64,000 nt of DNA. Origin: Octopus vulgaris. Its lineage: Eukaryota. Positions 43,842 to 56,887 of the stretch are shown here, piece after piece. The notes under the pieces are model-generated. The model was not told the DNA's origin. It ran no database searches and worked only from the letters and a program-made list of their open reading frames with translations. The stretch spans positions 24,242,001 through 24,306,000 of the forward strand of contig OX597826.1 of NCBI GenBank assembly GCA_951406725.2, written 5' to 3'. Within the stretch, counting starts at the first letter, position 1; the number at the start of each line of letters is the position of its first letter. The translations under genes were made by a program, and so were the position numbers.

Positions 43842-44497
43842 ACGTAAAGGGTCATGGATGTTGTATTCTTTCCTTACTAAAAGATATAGAAAAATATATA
43901 CACATACAAACATACATCTGTATACACACACACACACCCATATATATATATATATATATACACACACATACATATATACATTTACGTATGTATATCTTTG
44001 TCATCTATAAAATAAACAGGATAACATGTGTAACAAGCTTTCATTCAATAAGCCTTTTGTTCGACTGGTCAAATCAAAACACTCTTTCATATATATATAT
44101 ATATATATATACATACACATACATACATACTGTAGTATTGGCCTTTATTTTATTTCTTGATAGTATGATATAATATAAAGTGTCAAAAGGTTTTCATCGT
44201 TTTGTTTTGTTTTCTTTTTGTGTGTGTTTGTGTGTTTTTTTATTGTACATCTCCAAAGACCCGGTCATTGACACTTAACGGTTCCTCCACATCTCTCATT
44301 ATGACAATGGCTTGCGTGTGTCTCTGTGTTTGCCTTTTAAACGAGCTCCTCTTAACTCATCTAGTATGCAATTATTTGCACACACAGTTATGGACCTTAT
44401 AACTTGCTAAGCAGGTACAACTTCAATATACATATGTGTGTACATAGATACATATATATGTATGTGTGTGTGTGTGTACGTGTGTGTACATAGATAC

Positions 44498-44528
<31 letters not shown>

Positions 44529-45544
44529 CATATATATATATCTGTACATTCAGAGAGATACATATATGTGTGTTTGTGTATGTACATACATACATATATA
44601 TGCACACACATTTATACATACACATCTGTATATATGTATATACACACTCAGATTATTTTTGTTATACTTTAGAGCATTGATTTCTCTGAATCTAGTACTT
44701 GAAGATACACTGATAGATTATTCAGAAATATAAGGTGCTGGTGTAACTCTGTATGCGTTTCTCAACTGCATGGTCTCAAGTTCCATCCTGTTGTGTGTTA
44801 CTTTGTGCAAGTTTCTTTTAGATATAACCAATCAATGTCCTGTGAGCAAAATTTACCAGGTAGAACTTTATAGATGCCTATCAAGGTGTGTGTGTGTGTG
44901 TCTGTGTAGATGTGTGTCTCTTAGAGTTTCTACATTGATATCACTTAGGTAGCAGCTATGTTGCTAATATCAACCTTAAACTAGCACACCATTGGCTATG
45001 GTAACAAGGGTTCTGATCAGCGGAACACCCTGCTCATAAAATTAACATACAAGTGGCTGAGCACTCCACAAATACACATAACCATAACATAGTTCTTAAG
45101 GAGATTCAACATCACACAGAATGCAACAAGGCTGGCCCTTTGAAATACAGGTACTTCTCATTTTTGCCATCTGAGTGAACTGGAGCAACACAAAATAAAG
45201 TGTTTTGCATTGCCAGGTATTGAACTCACAACCTTACAGTCATAAGCCAGATGTACCCTGATTTCTTAGCTACACGCCTTCACTATCACCTGTAAACAAA
45301 GCACAAAGCAGTGGTTTGGCACATGAAGTTTTGGAATAAAGTACCTTACTTGAAAACAAGGGTTGATGTCTGTGAAGGCATCCACCTGTAGAGAATGTTG
45401 ACAAATCACGTACAAACCACGGGAATATGAGAAAGTGAACATAAAAACAATGTTGGTTATTTCAATGTGTTTGTGTATGTGAATATGTGCATATATAAAT
45501 ATGTGTATGTATAATATATTGCTACGTTATATATTTCATCTTCT

Positions 45545-45915
45545 GTTTGTTTCAGTCATAAGATTGTGGCCATGCTGGGGCACCACATTGAAGAATTTTA
45601 GTCAAATGAATTGACCCCAGGACTTTTTTTTATTCTTAAAGCCTGGTACTTATTCTGTTGGTCTCTATTGCCAAACCGCTAAGTTATGAGGATGTAAACA
45701 CACCAACACTGGTTGTCAAGTAGTGGTGGGGGACAAACACTTGCACACACACACACACACACGCAACGGACTTCTTTCAGTTCCCATCTACCAAATCCCT
45801 TCAGAAGGATTTGGTCAGCCCAAGGCTATAGTAAAAGACACTGGCCCAAAATGCCAAGCAGTAGGACTGAATCTGGAACCATGTGGTTGGGAAGCAAACT
45901 GCTTACCACACACTG
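45545..45915 (-). mobile_element. SINE family 1 (older)
   Basis: Diverged reverse complement of the family consensus. Confidence 0.8.
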
Positions 45916-46432
45916 CACTTAATATTATATAATTTTATAGTTTATATAACTTATGTTTTTTCATTTCAGCTTTTGTTGTGCAAATTATTCTCTTCTTCCT
46001 TTCCTTTCTTTTTCCTCCTATTCCTAATTTCCCCTTTACTTTTTTCTTTCTTTATTTCGCTAGTTCTTTTCTCTATCTCTCTTTTACTCTTCCCTTTTCT
46101 CTTGTTCCTTAGCATACCTCCTTCTCATCTAATTGCTTTCTTTCTCTTTCCCCCTCCTGAAACAATTCTAAAGCGCTTCACCATCTGTCCAACTTTGGCC
46201 ATAGATATCTGTAAATTAATGCTGTAAAACATTCCCTGGTGATCCATTGTGGTTGAGCATCTAAATGCACTTCGAACATCTCTTGTAGTGCTCAAAACAA
46301 CCATAAGGGTGGAACACACATAGGAGCTAAAACATAATATAGACTTTTTTATCTTTATTTCTCCTACACACACACACACGCACACACATGGAAGTGCAGG
46401 GGTAGCTCTGTGGTAAGAAGTTTGCTTCCCAA

Positions 46433-46664
46433 GGTGGCGAGCTGGCAGAAACGTTAGCACGCCGGGCAAAATACTTGGCGGTATTTCGTCTGCCATTACG
46501 TTCTGAGTTCAAATTCCGCCGAGGTCGACTTTGCCTTTCATCCTTTTGGGGTCGATAAATTAAGCACCGTTACACACTGGGGTCAGTGCAATCAGCTTAA
46601 TCCCTTTGTCTGTTCTTGTTTGTCCCCTCTATGTTTAGCCCCTTGTGGGTAATAAAGAAATAAA
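46433..46664 (+). mobile_element. SINE family 2 nested in a family 1 SINE (~46395-47005), 15-bp TSD
   Basis: AAGTTTGCTTCCCAA at 46418-46432 and 46665-46679. Confidence 0.92.
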
Positions 46665-48318
46665 AAGTTTGCTTCCCAACCACATGGGTTTAGGTTTGGT
46701 CCCACTGCATGGTACTTTGGGCAAGAATCTTCTACTATATCCCTAGGCCAACCAAAGCTCTGTGAGTGAGAAACTGAAAGAAACCTGTCATATATGTGTG
46801 TGTGTGTGTTTATATATCTATATATGTTTGTGTTTGTCCCCTCACCACTTGACAACCAGTGTTGGTTTGTTTACATCCTTGTAACTTTGCATTTTGACAA
46901 AAAAGAGACTGATGGAATAAGTACTGGGATTGGTTTGTTCAACTAAACTCTTCAAGGCAATGCCGCAGCACGGATGTAGTCTAAGGACTAGAACAAGTAA
47001 AAGAATATGTATACATATGTGTGTATACACATGCACGCACACACACTCGAACACATACATGTATACATATGCACGCATACACATGAAAAGATTTAATATA
47101 TTTTGATTGTTCATTGACTTGTGAACAAAAGTAGCAGTTTCATTTCACACCCTTCCTCAAGTGTAATTTACATTTGTTGGGGGTTGATCCCTTTTAAGGC
47201 ACAATGCAACAGATGGAAAATTGTAGGTGTAGCAAGTAAGTGAAGTGTAAAAGCATTGGTATGTGACTAGAACCTATACCATAGACTCTTCTCAGTCAGC
47301 ACTCAGTGCTACACACACTCAAGTCTCACATACACATATTCCTGTGGAACTGAATACATGTGAGTGTGCATGTGTGTATATATGTGTATGTGTTTGTTGT
47401 ATTTTTATATGAAACATCAATGGTTTGCAAGTTCAAAAGAAATGCTCTCAGTACGTATTTCTTAATATATACATAAACAAAGAATCCCAAAATAGATAAC
47501 TGATTATCAGTTTGAACATTAAAACTGATTGTTGTTTGGGTTTTTCATACTCAAATGGTTTTCACACAATGCTTGTTGTCAGATAGATATATCCGTACAT
47601 ATCAGTCAATCTATCTACTTAATACATCTAACTTTTATATGGCTGTTTGTATATGTGTATATGGATATATGCGCGCGTTTATGTAAGTATGTGTATGAAT
47701 ATGCGTGTACATATTAAGTTGTAGCACATGCATGTGAGCATGCACACACACATACACACACACAAACATAGGCACATAATGGAAGCTAATTATTGTGATC
47801 AGTTTGGGATGAAGTCCAAAGAGCAATAACTTGTTGATAATATTAAGAAGATATTATGTGTTTGTGTGCATGATGATATATATATTTGTGTGTGTATGAT
47901 GATATATGTATATGTATCTATGTATACATGGCTGTATGGTTAAGATGTTCACTTCCTAACCATAAGGTTTCAGGTTCAATCCCACATTATAGCACCTTGT
48001 GCGAGTGCCTTCTACTATAGTGTTTGGCCAAACAAAGCCTTGTGAATGAATACAGTGGACGGAAACTGGGAGAATCCCATCTAGTGTGTGTGTGTGTGTG
48101 CATGTACATGCATGTGTTTACATTTGCACAAGCAGTACTGTTGCCAGTTCTCCTGTCTGTGAGTTCTCCACTCACTTCATCCTTTTGCAAACTTGAAATC
48201 TGTGATCCATAACGTGAAGGACAAGTAAGGGTTATTAACAGGATGAACATCTGGATGTAAAACATCGTTTAGATAATACATTCATCTAACTATCAAAAGA
48301 AATGAATGAATGTATATA

Positions 48319-48572
48319 CAGGGTGTTCAAAAAGTCTCTCAGCAGTAAATATTTTATTGTAAAATAAATATTTATAAGATGGTAAAAGACTACAAAAGAA
48401 TATATTAGACTTTACAAGACTTTAAGAAAAAATATATAGGAGGTGTTGAAAGTGTCGTCCTTCATTTTCAATACATAAGTTGACTCTTCTACACATGTTT
48501 ACATGTTTTGAAATACATCTTGGAGAGCCAGGACGAAAAAATTCACTGCTGAGAGACTTTTTGAACACCCTA
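48319..48572. mobile_element. Tc1/mariner-type MITE
   Basis: 28-bp TIR CAGGGTGTTCAAAAAGTCTCTCAGCAGT with TA flanks. Confidence 0.88.
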
Positions 48573-48670
48573 TATATATATATATATATATAAGCTTAAA
48601 CTGTCTGATGAACGGCAACGGGAAGCTCAGAATAACAGGTTTTGTTGAATTTTCTGCTGCTTTAAATAAA

Positions 48671-48704
<34 letters not shown>

Positions 48705-48913
48705 TTATTTTTTTTTTTGTAATGAGATAAAAAAACCAAGGCTGTAGATTTTAGAACATTTATAGATAGAAGGTCTTATAGCTGTTTCCAGGATATTTAA
48801 ATAAATAAATATCCTGGAAATAGCTGTAAGACCTGGAACTATGGTCTATCTATAGCACTTATTCACCATTACCTGACACTTTTGGGTCTCAATGACACCA
48901 TTACCTCTCATAA

Positions 48914-48949
<36 letters not shown>

Positions 48950-50484
48950 GTGCATGTGTGTATATATGTGTGCATGCACATATTGATAAATAGAAAGATA
49001 TGTCTGGGCATGCATTGTACCAAATCAAAGTGATACAATTAAAGTAGGCCAAATATAACGTATGTATCTTTCAAATGTCTCGCATAAGATTTGTCGTAAA
49101 ATCTGAAATTTTTAGTTAAATTCAATTATATATTTCATGCTTGATTGTGTTCATGCAGGAATCACCACTGGAATGTGTGTGTGTGTGTGTGTAAGTATGT
49201 ATATACACACACACATATATATATTTATTTATATATATATAGTTGGTGAGTTTTTCCATATTTGCCTAGACTGTATGATGAATTATTTGAGGCAATATTT
49301 TATGGCCAAATGCCTTTTCTGTCATCAACCATCATTTTTTAAACTCCCCCGCCCCCAGTCTTTTGACCCTTCTTCAAAAGCACAGAGCCTCTTATGATTT
49401 CCCCACATATGTATTCTATCACTGATACATCGGTTTCTGTACCTTAAAACTATATAGCTTTATATTATAGGCATTCAAGGCCCTTCCCCACTCTCTCTCT
49501 TCCCACCTTTCATTATCATTACTGTACGACATATTTCCTCCACCCTAAATCACTCTCTTAGCTTTTCCTCTTCAAAGTATCAACATTCTCAAATTTTACC
49601 CCTGTTGTTCACATTTCCAATAGCCATCAATTTGTCTGACAGCCTTAAGCCATAGAGCAATGCCTATAATTTTATATAGGACCTCCAAGACTGGAGGAAA
49701 TACTGACTCTTTCTATTATATTGTCTCCTAGCATAAAGCCACCTACTCAGAGTAACTCTTGAAGCTGCATAGCAACCTCACTAATTCTGGTGGCACAAAA
49801 AAAAAAAAAACCCAAACCCTACTACATTCTGTAAAGTGGCTGGCGTTAGGAAGTGCATCCAGCAGTAGAAACCCTGCCAAAACAGACTTGAACCAGGTGT
49901 GGCTCCTGGCCTGGCCAGCTCCTGTCAAACCATCCAACCCATGGAAAATGAATGTTAAATAATTATGACGATGATAACTGATGTTTGTGATGGTAATGTG
50001 TCAGTTTGGTAGTCAAAAGTAGATGAAGGTTTCTATCTTGTCCTAGATGTTCTTTCAAATTCAATCTTGAAGGACTGCTTCCTGTGCAGGGTATAAGTTT
50101 GTGGAAATCTCCCTCTTCTTTCTCTCTCTCTCTTCCCATCTCTCTCTTTCTTTCTCTTTCTCTCTCAAAAACACACCCATAGATGTATCTATTTATGTCT
50201 AAACATGGTAAATGCATTCTTTATAATCAACAGTTGTTCTGGAATCTGTTCACAACACCCTCCCTCCTTCCTACACCTTAACACTCCCCCCCCACAGAGT
50301 CAGTTATATATATTTATTGGTTAATCAATTAATGAATAGCTAGCATTACAAACCCAGATTTGTTAGAACCGGTCAGTTTTAGAAGAATAGAAATAAATTA
50401 TTGATCCTCTTGTTGTTGAAGAACAATTATTAACGGAAAGATCTAATGCATTGGGTCTAAATACAAAATTTCTACATTTATTTT

Positions 50485-50538
<54 letters not shown>

Positions 50539-50640
50539 ATGTACTTATTCTCATGTGTGTGTGTCTGTCTGTCTGTATATATATATATATACATACAGAC
50601 AGACAGACACACACACACACATATATGAGAATAAGTACAT

Positions 50641-50895
<255 letters not shown>

Positions 50896-51077
50896 TATAA
50901 TATATATACATATATATCATCATCATCATCGTTTAGCGTCCGCTTTCCATGCTAGCATGGGTTGGACGGGTCAACTGGGGTCTGTGAAGCTGGAAGGCTT
51001 CGTCAGGCCCAGTCAGATCTGGCAGTGTTTCTACGGCTGGATGCCCTTCCTAACGCCAACCACTACGCGAGTGTAGT

Positions 51078-51445
51078 GGGTGTTTTTTACGTGCCACCTG
51101 CACAGGTGCCAGACAGGGCTGGCGAACGGCCATGAACGGATGGTGCTTTTACGTGTCACCGGCACGGGGCCAGGCGATGCTGGCAACGGACACGAACGGA
51201 TGGTGCTTTTACGTGCCACCGACACGGTTGCCAGACAGAGCTGGCAAACGGCCACGAACGGACGGTGCTTTTACGTGTCACCGGCACGGGGCCAGGCGAG
51301 GCTGGCAACGAACACGAACGGATGGTGCTTTTACGTGCCACCGACACGGGGCCAGGCAGAGCTGGCAAACGGCCACGAGCGAATGGTGCTTTTACGTATC
51401 ACCGGCACGGGTGCCAGACGAGGCTGACAGCGGACACGAACGGAT
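51078..51445 (-). repeat. tandem array of six ~60-nt units (ABABAB) in the RTE 3' UTR
   Basis: Direct reading. Confidence 0.95.
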
Positions 51446-51611
51446 GGGTCACTTAACCCCTGTTTTCTGATATATGATTTGATTTTGATTGTTCTCACTG
51501 GTCTTGCCGGGTCTTCTCACGCACAGCATACCTCCATAGATCTCGGTCTCTGGTCATTTCCTTGGTGAGACCTAGAGTTCGAAGGTCGTGCTTCACCACC
51601 TCGACCCAGGT

Positions 51612-53690
51612 TTACCTGGGTCTACCTCTTCCACAGGTCCCCTCAACTGCCAGGTTGTGGCACTTTTTCACACACCTATCTTCATCCATTCTCACCACAT
51701 GACCATACCAGCGCAATCGTCTCTCTTGCACACAACATCTGATTCCTCTTAGGTCCAACTTTTCTCTCAAGGTACTTACACTCTGTCGACTATGAACACT
51801 GACATTACACATCCAACGGAGCATACTAGCTTCATTTCTCGCGAGCTTACGCATGTCCTCAGCAGTCACGGCCCATGTTTCACTGCCATGTAGCATGGCT
51901 GTTCGTACACATGCATCATACAGTCTGCCTTTTACTCTGAGAGAGAGGCCTTTAGTCACCAACAGAGGTAAGAGCTCCCTAAACTTTGCCCAGGCTATTC
52001 TTACTCTAGCCGTTACACTTTCAGCACACCCGCCCCCACTACTGACTTGGTCACCAAGATAACGGAAGCTATCAACTACTTCTAGTTTTTCCCCCTGGAA
52101 AGTGACGGAAGTTGTTTTCTGCAGATTTTCAGAGGTTAATGCTCCCGAGCATCTGCCACATACAAAAACCATCTTCCTAGTTAGCCTTCCTATGACATTG
52201 CTGCACCTCTTATGTGTCCATAGCTTACACTTGGTGCATCTTATAGAGTTTCTACCTACACCTTTTCTACAGATCGAGCAGGGCCATCTACCTGAAGGCG
52301 TTTGTGATTTGTCTACCTTCCTACTTATTAGGACTTTGGTTTTAGCTAGGTTGACTCTAAGGCCCTTCGATTCTAAACCATGCTTCCACACCTGAAACTT
52401 CTTCTCCAGTTCTGATAATGACTCAGCAATTAGAGCAAGGTCATCAGCATAGAGGAGCTCCCAGGGGCATCCTGTCTTGAATTCCTCCGTTATTGCCTGG
52501 AGGACTATGATAAATAGGAGGGGGCTGAGGACTGAGCCTTGGTGGACCCCTACCTCTACCCGGAATTCTTCACTGTACTCATTGCCAACCCTCACCTTAC
52601 TAGCAGCGTCCCTGTACATGGCTTGCACAGCTCTCACTAACCATTCATCTATTCCTAGTTTCCTCATTGACCACCATATGAGGGATCGGGGGACCCTGTC
52701 GAAGGCTTTCTCCATGTCAACAAAAGCCAGGTACACGGGCTTATCTTTGGCTAGGTATTTCTCCTGCAGCTGCCTTACCAGGAATATAGCATCAGTGGTA
52801 CTTTTCCCTGGCACGAAACCAAACTGCATCTCATCTAAACTAACTCTCTCTCTAATTAGTTGGCTTATGACCCTCTCTGTAACCTTCATTACCTGATCCA
52901 ACAGCTTGATACCTCTGTAATTATTTGTATCTAGGGCATCACCTTTACCTTTGTAGCAGTTGACTATTATGCTGCTACACCAGTCATTGGGTATGACTCC
53001 TTCATGTATCACCTGATTAACTATACAGGTGACTAGGCTATAGCCGACACTACCAGATATTTTGAGCATCTCTGCAGTGATACCTGATGGGCCTGGGGCT
53101 TTCCCTGTCTTCATGCTTCTAATTGCCTTAGCTACTAAGGAACTATCAACCCTGATAGCTGGTCCCTCTGTTGGGTCAACGTTCGGCAGACTCTCTTTAT
53201 CCCATTCATTTTCTTTATTCAGCAACCTTTCGTAGTGGCGTCTCCAAGCCTCTGTCTTTGCATCCTCGTTTAGCGCAAGTGAACCATCTTCCATGCGAAC
53301 ACACTTCTCTCCCACCGCATCACAATTCTCTCTCACACACTGTCTTGCAACGCGAAACACCTCCAGTCTTTGGTCCTCACGGCGCAGAACATTGGCAAAT
53401 TTTTTCTTATCTGCTTCCCCTCTGGCTAGATAGACCTGTCTCCTAGCTTCCCTTTTAGCAGTCTGATACAATTCCCTGCTACCACCATTCTTCCAGTGCT
53501 TCCAAGTCTGTCTCTTTTCTCTAATAGCCCTGTTCCACCACCACGTTACCTTGGGACGAGAGGGGACTTTGCACCAGCCACAGATCTGGTCAGTGGCTCT
53601 CAGCAGGTTGTCCCTTAGAAACGTCCAGTTGTCCTCTACCCCATGTGATACTCTATCCCCTTCTACTTCGTCAAAGGCTTCAAGTAACAT
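51612..53690 (-). pseudogene. RTE ORF remnant: 692 aa, full RT with inserted PHD finger, endonuclease missing, premature stop
   Basis: GKAPGPSGI, NYRGIKLL, QFGF, FVDMEKAFDRV, GVHQGSVLSP, YADD and FRYLG motifs; AAA>TAA at ~51612 relative to copy 2. Confidence 0.95.
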
Positions 53691-53706
53691 GTCTCTAAAT
53701 CTCTGT

Positions 53707-53763
<57 letters not shown>

Positions 53764-54164
53764 TAATGTAGGTATGCATTTATGTATGTCTGAATGTATA
53801 TTCCTTTATGTGTGCATGTGTGTGTATATATGCCTGCATCTATGTATGCCTATGCTGATGTGTGTAGTTGTAGACAGAAACATTCCTGTGTAGTTGAGAA
53901 ATTTGCTCTTCAATGTTAAGGGTCCAGGATTCGATCCCTGGCGCCTCAAACATGTAATTTCTACTATATCCACATGTTGACCCAGCCCACGTGAGTGGAA
54001 CTGAGTTGGCAGAAGATTATGTGAAGCCCCTTGGATTGATTGCACCCATAATTCAAAAACCCTGCTGTGTTCCACTTTCTATGGCACTGATTCTGCCCTG
54101 GGTTTACATTAGGGGGATCAGTGGCTGTGGAATATTCAACCACTATCATCATCATCCTCTTCAC

Positions 54165-54517
54165 CAGGTGTGGATGTGTGGTAAGACATTTGCTTCCCAA
54201 CCACATGGTTCCAAGTTCAGTTTCACTACGTGGCATTTGGGCAAATGTCCTTTATTATAACCCCAGGCCAACCAGAGCCTTGTGAGTAGATTTGATAGAC
54301 AGAAACTGAAGTATGTGTGTGTGTCCCACACCACTACTTGACCACTGGTGTTGGTATGTTTACATCCATGTCACTTTACAGTTTGGCAAAAGAGACCAAT
54401 AGAATAGATATCAGGCTTTAAAAAGACAAGTGTGGGGGGGTCGATTTGTCCAACTGAAATTCTTTCTTCAAGGCAATGCCTCAGCTCGGCTATGTCCAGT
54501 GACTGAAACAAGTGAAA
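54165..54517 (+). mobile_element. SINE family 1 (older)
   Basis: Diverged match; further old copies at ~2345-2660, ~2783-3115 (-) and ~57805-58148. Confidence 0.75.
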
Positions 54518-55054
54518 GGTAATCATTACCATTATCCCCATCATCATCATCACTATTATCATCACCACTATCTTGCATCCATTCTTGTCACGTTTGTATG
54601 TTTGGATGTGTCTTTTTTAATACAGTGTCTTTGCAACCTGTAGTTCTTTGTCTACCTCAATGAAATTTAACCTTTTGAGACTTCTCCCCATTTTCATTTG
54701 ACTAGAAGTAACAAGGAGTGTTTAGTGTTGCCAGTGGAAATTGGCTGTTATTTCTAACATGTCATGTAATCACATTCAGGCATTTTCTTTGCTTGTGAAT
54801 ATCAAAAATGTTTCCCATGTATCCACATGAACATTTAACTGTCAACATCCTGTCTTTGCTATTGGGGGTTTTTTTTCTTGTTTTTGTTTTGTTTTGGATG
54901 CTGTGTGGCTTAAGATTACATTGTCAAGTATAGTTTTGAGGGTAGATTGCACTACTATTTCTAGTAGTTTGAACACTTGCACTGAGGCTCTTCTCGTTGG
55001 TTTGTGATTATCACAGTTATATACATATATAAGGAATAGAACATTTGAAAGGGT

Positions 55055-55087
<33 letters not shown>

Positions 55088-55774
55088 AAGAGTGCATATG
55101 TGGGAGGGGTTTATATGCATGTGTGTGCTGGAAGTTGAGATTAGATGAAGGAATAAATATTATGTGTGCATATATACACACACACACACATATATATGAA
55201 AAGAATCAGAAAAGATATTGAAAATTATATATTCTGTTAGCATGAATCATTACATTCAAACAGTATAAATTGTGTATACTCTGAATGCTTGAAGAATATA
55301 TCAGGGTGTGTATATTATTGTGTTATTGTGTGTGTGTGTGTGTGTGTGTATGGATATATATTTATATATATATATATATATAAGGTTTTTATACCTACAC
55401 AAAAAAATATATATATTTTTGTGAGGAAAATAGATGTTATTTCAATGAGTGTGTAAACTCTTTGTATGTAAATGTGTGTATATTTGTGTGTGTGTACATA
55501 AAACATATCTGATGAAGATTACTGAGTCTGAGTGTGTGACTGTGTGTGTGTGTGTTTTTTTTTTTACTTGCATCTGTTGTTTTTTTCTTCACTCTTTAGC
55601 TAATAGTTTTTATCTTGTTTCAAGATCAAAGACTAAGATTAAGTTCCTTGAATTATATATATATATAATGGTATATGGTGATGATGGTGGCAGCAGTAAC
55701 ATTGATTTCTTTATTTGCCACATGGGCAGGAAGAAATGGAAAATTTAAAAGACAAGGCAAAATATGTCTTTTAA

Positions 55775-56841
55775 CCCTTTCATTACTATATTTCTGACCA
55801 AAATACACCCCTTATGTGTTTCAATTAATTTCTAACGTAATCATAAATTTAGTCTGGTTTCATTAAACAACTATAACTTTTTTATTTATCAATATATTAA
55901 TGTGAATTTTGGAAGATAATTTAATGAAATGTTCTCAACCAATTCTATACTATAATTTTTGTCACAAAGTGACTCTAATTACAGGTAGATACAGGTAAAT
56001 TCAACAAAATATAAAATTATTAAAATTTTGTTCAAGCATCGCTATAGAAAATGGGTTATTAGCTAATATTCAATTGGGTATACAACAAAATTTTACGATA
56101 GAATTTGTTATTCTGGGTAACTTTCTGATACCCATAATAATATTTATGGCAAAATAGTCTTAATTTCATTTAAGGTTATGGGAGACCACTTTCTTTCGTT
56201 TTGTTTACATTTAGCGTAATGGTTCGTTTCCGCCGTAATGATTTCAAATAGGCTCATTCGAAAAAGTAAAAAGAAATAGTCTAAGGCTTTACTCTTCTGG
56301 GAAAGTCTGTGGCTTGGTCCAGTTTCTTCAGAAAAATCACGGAAAGAAACAGTTTTTAAATTTTCACTCCATTCAGGTGCCAATTCATTTTCTTTATCGC
56401 TGTCGGAGCTCTCAGATTCACTGTTTTCACTTTCGGAAAATGAAACATCAGATTCATTATCAAATACCACATGCTTTTTTTTTTCAGTCATAGAGTTAGA
56501 TTTATGAAGGTCTTCAGTAGAAAATCCTTCGAATTCTGACTCGCTGCTTGATATAATGAAATTCGTATCCATTTTTTGTCAGAATTACAAATTTTGAAAA
56601 CACAATAGGAACAAATTTTGGAAAAAAATCTCCCAAAATTCGCAGAATTAAAATTACACTTCGATTTTTGTACAAAACTGTAGTTGAACTCTTTACGAAG
56701 TTTAATATGTGTTTTCACGAATGTACTAAAGAGATTTGCTCTGATATTCTCATTTAAATATGAATAGGTAAATTCGGGCGGTTTTGGGCGGCTTGGTCAC
56801 ATTAACCAAAATTTTTTTCGGGCAGTTTGGTAACAAAAGGG
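55775..56841 (-). mobile_element. internally deleted piggyBac transposon
   Basis: TTAA|CCCTTTCATTACTA ... TGGTAACAAAAGGG|TTAA enclosing a transposase N-terminal fragment. Confidence 0.9.
56144..56572 (-). pseudogene. piggyBac transposase N-terminal fragment (PGBD-like)
   Basis: Acidic Ser-rich N-terminus followed by W...F..ETGP...ALDYFFLLF...I.AETNHYA...W.PITLNEIK, typical of the DDE_Tnp_1_7 start; catalytic DDD region absent. Confidence 0.85.
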
Positions 56842-56854
56842 TTAAATCACCTGC

Positions 56855-56887
<33 letters not shown>

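Larger units (their letters stand above)
50917..53709 (-). mobile_element. 5'-truncated RTE LINE (copy 3), young
   Basis: Nearly identical to copy 2; 6-unit UTR array; (TA)n on both sides. Confidence 0.96.

Noticed and set aside
51078-51445. Canonical HDV-like or pistol ribozyme in the array unit
   Set aside because: Only partial resemblance. I could not place HDV P2/J4-2 with a catalytic C, or pistol P2/P3, so it is kept as an unknown structured motif.
51612-53690. Active LINE or domesticated RT gene
   Set aside because: 5'-truncated with no endonuclease or native start, and it has a premature stop.
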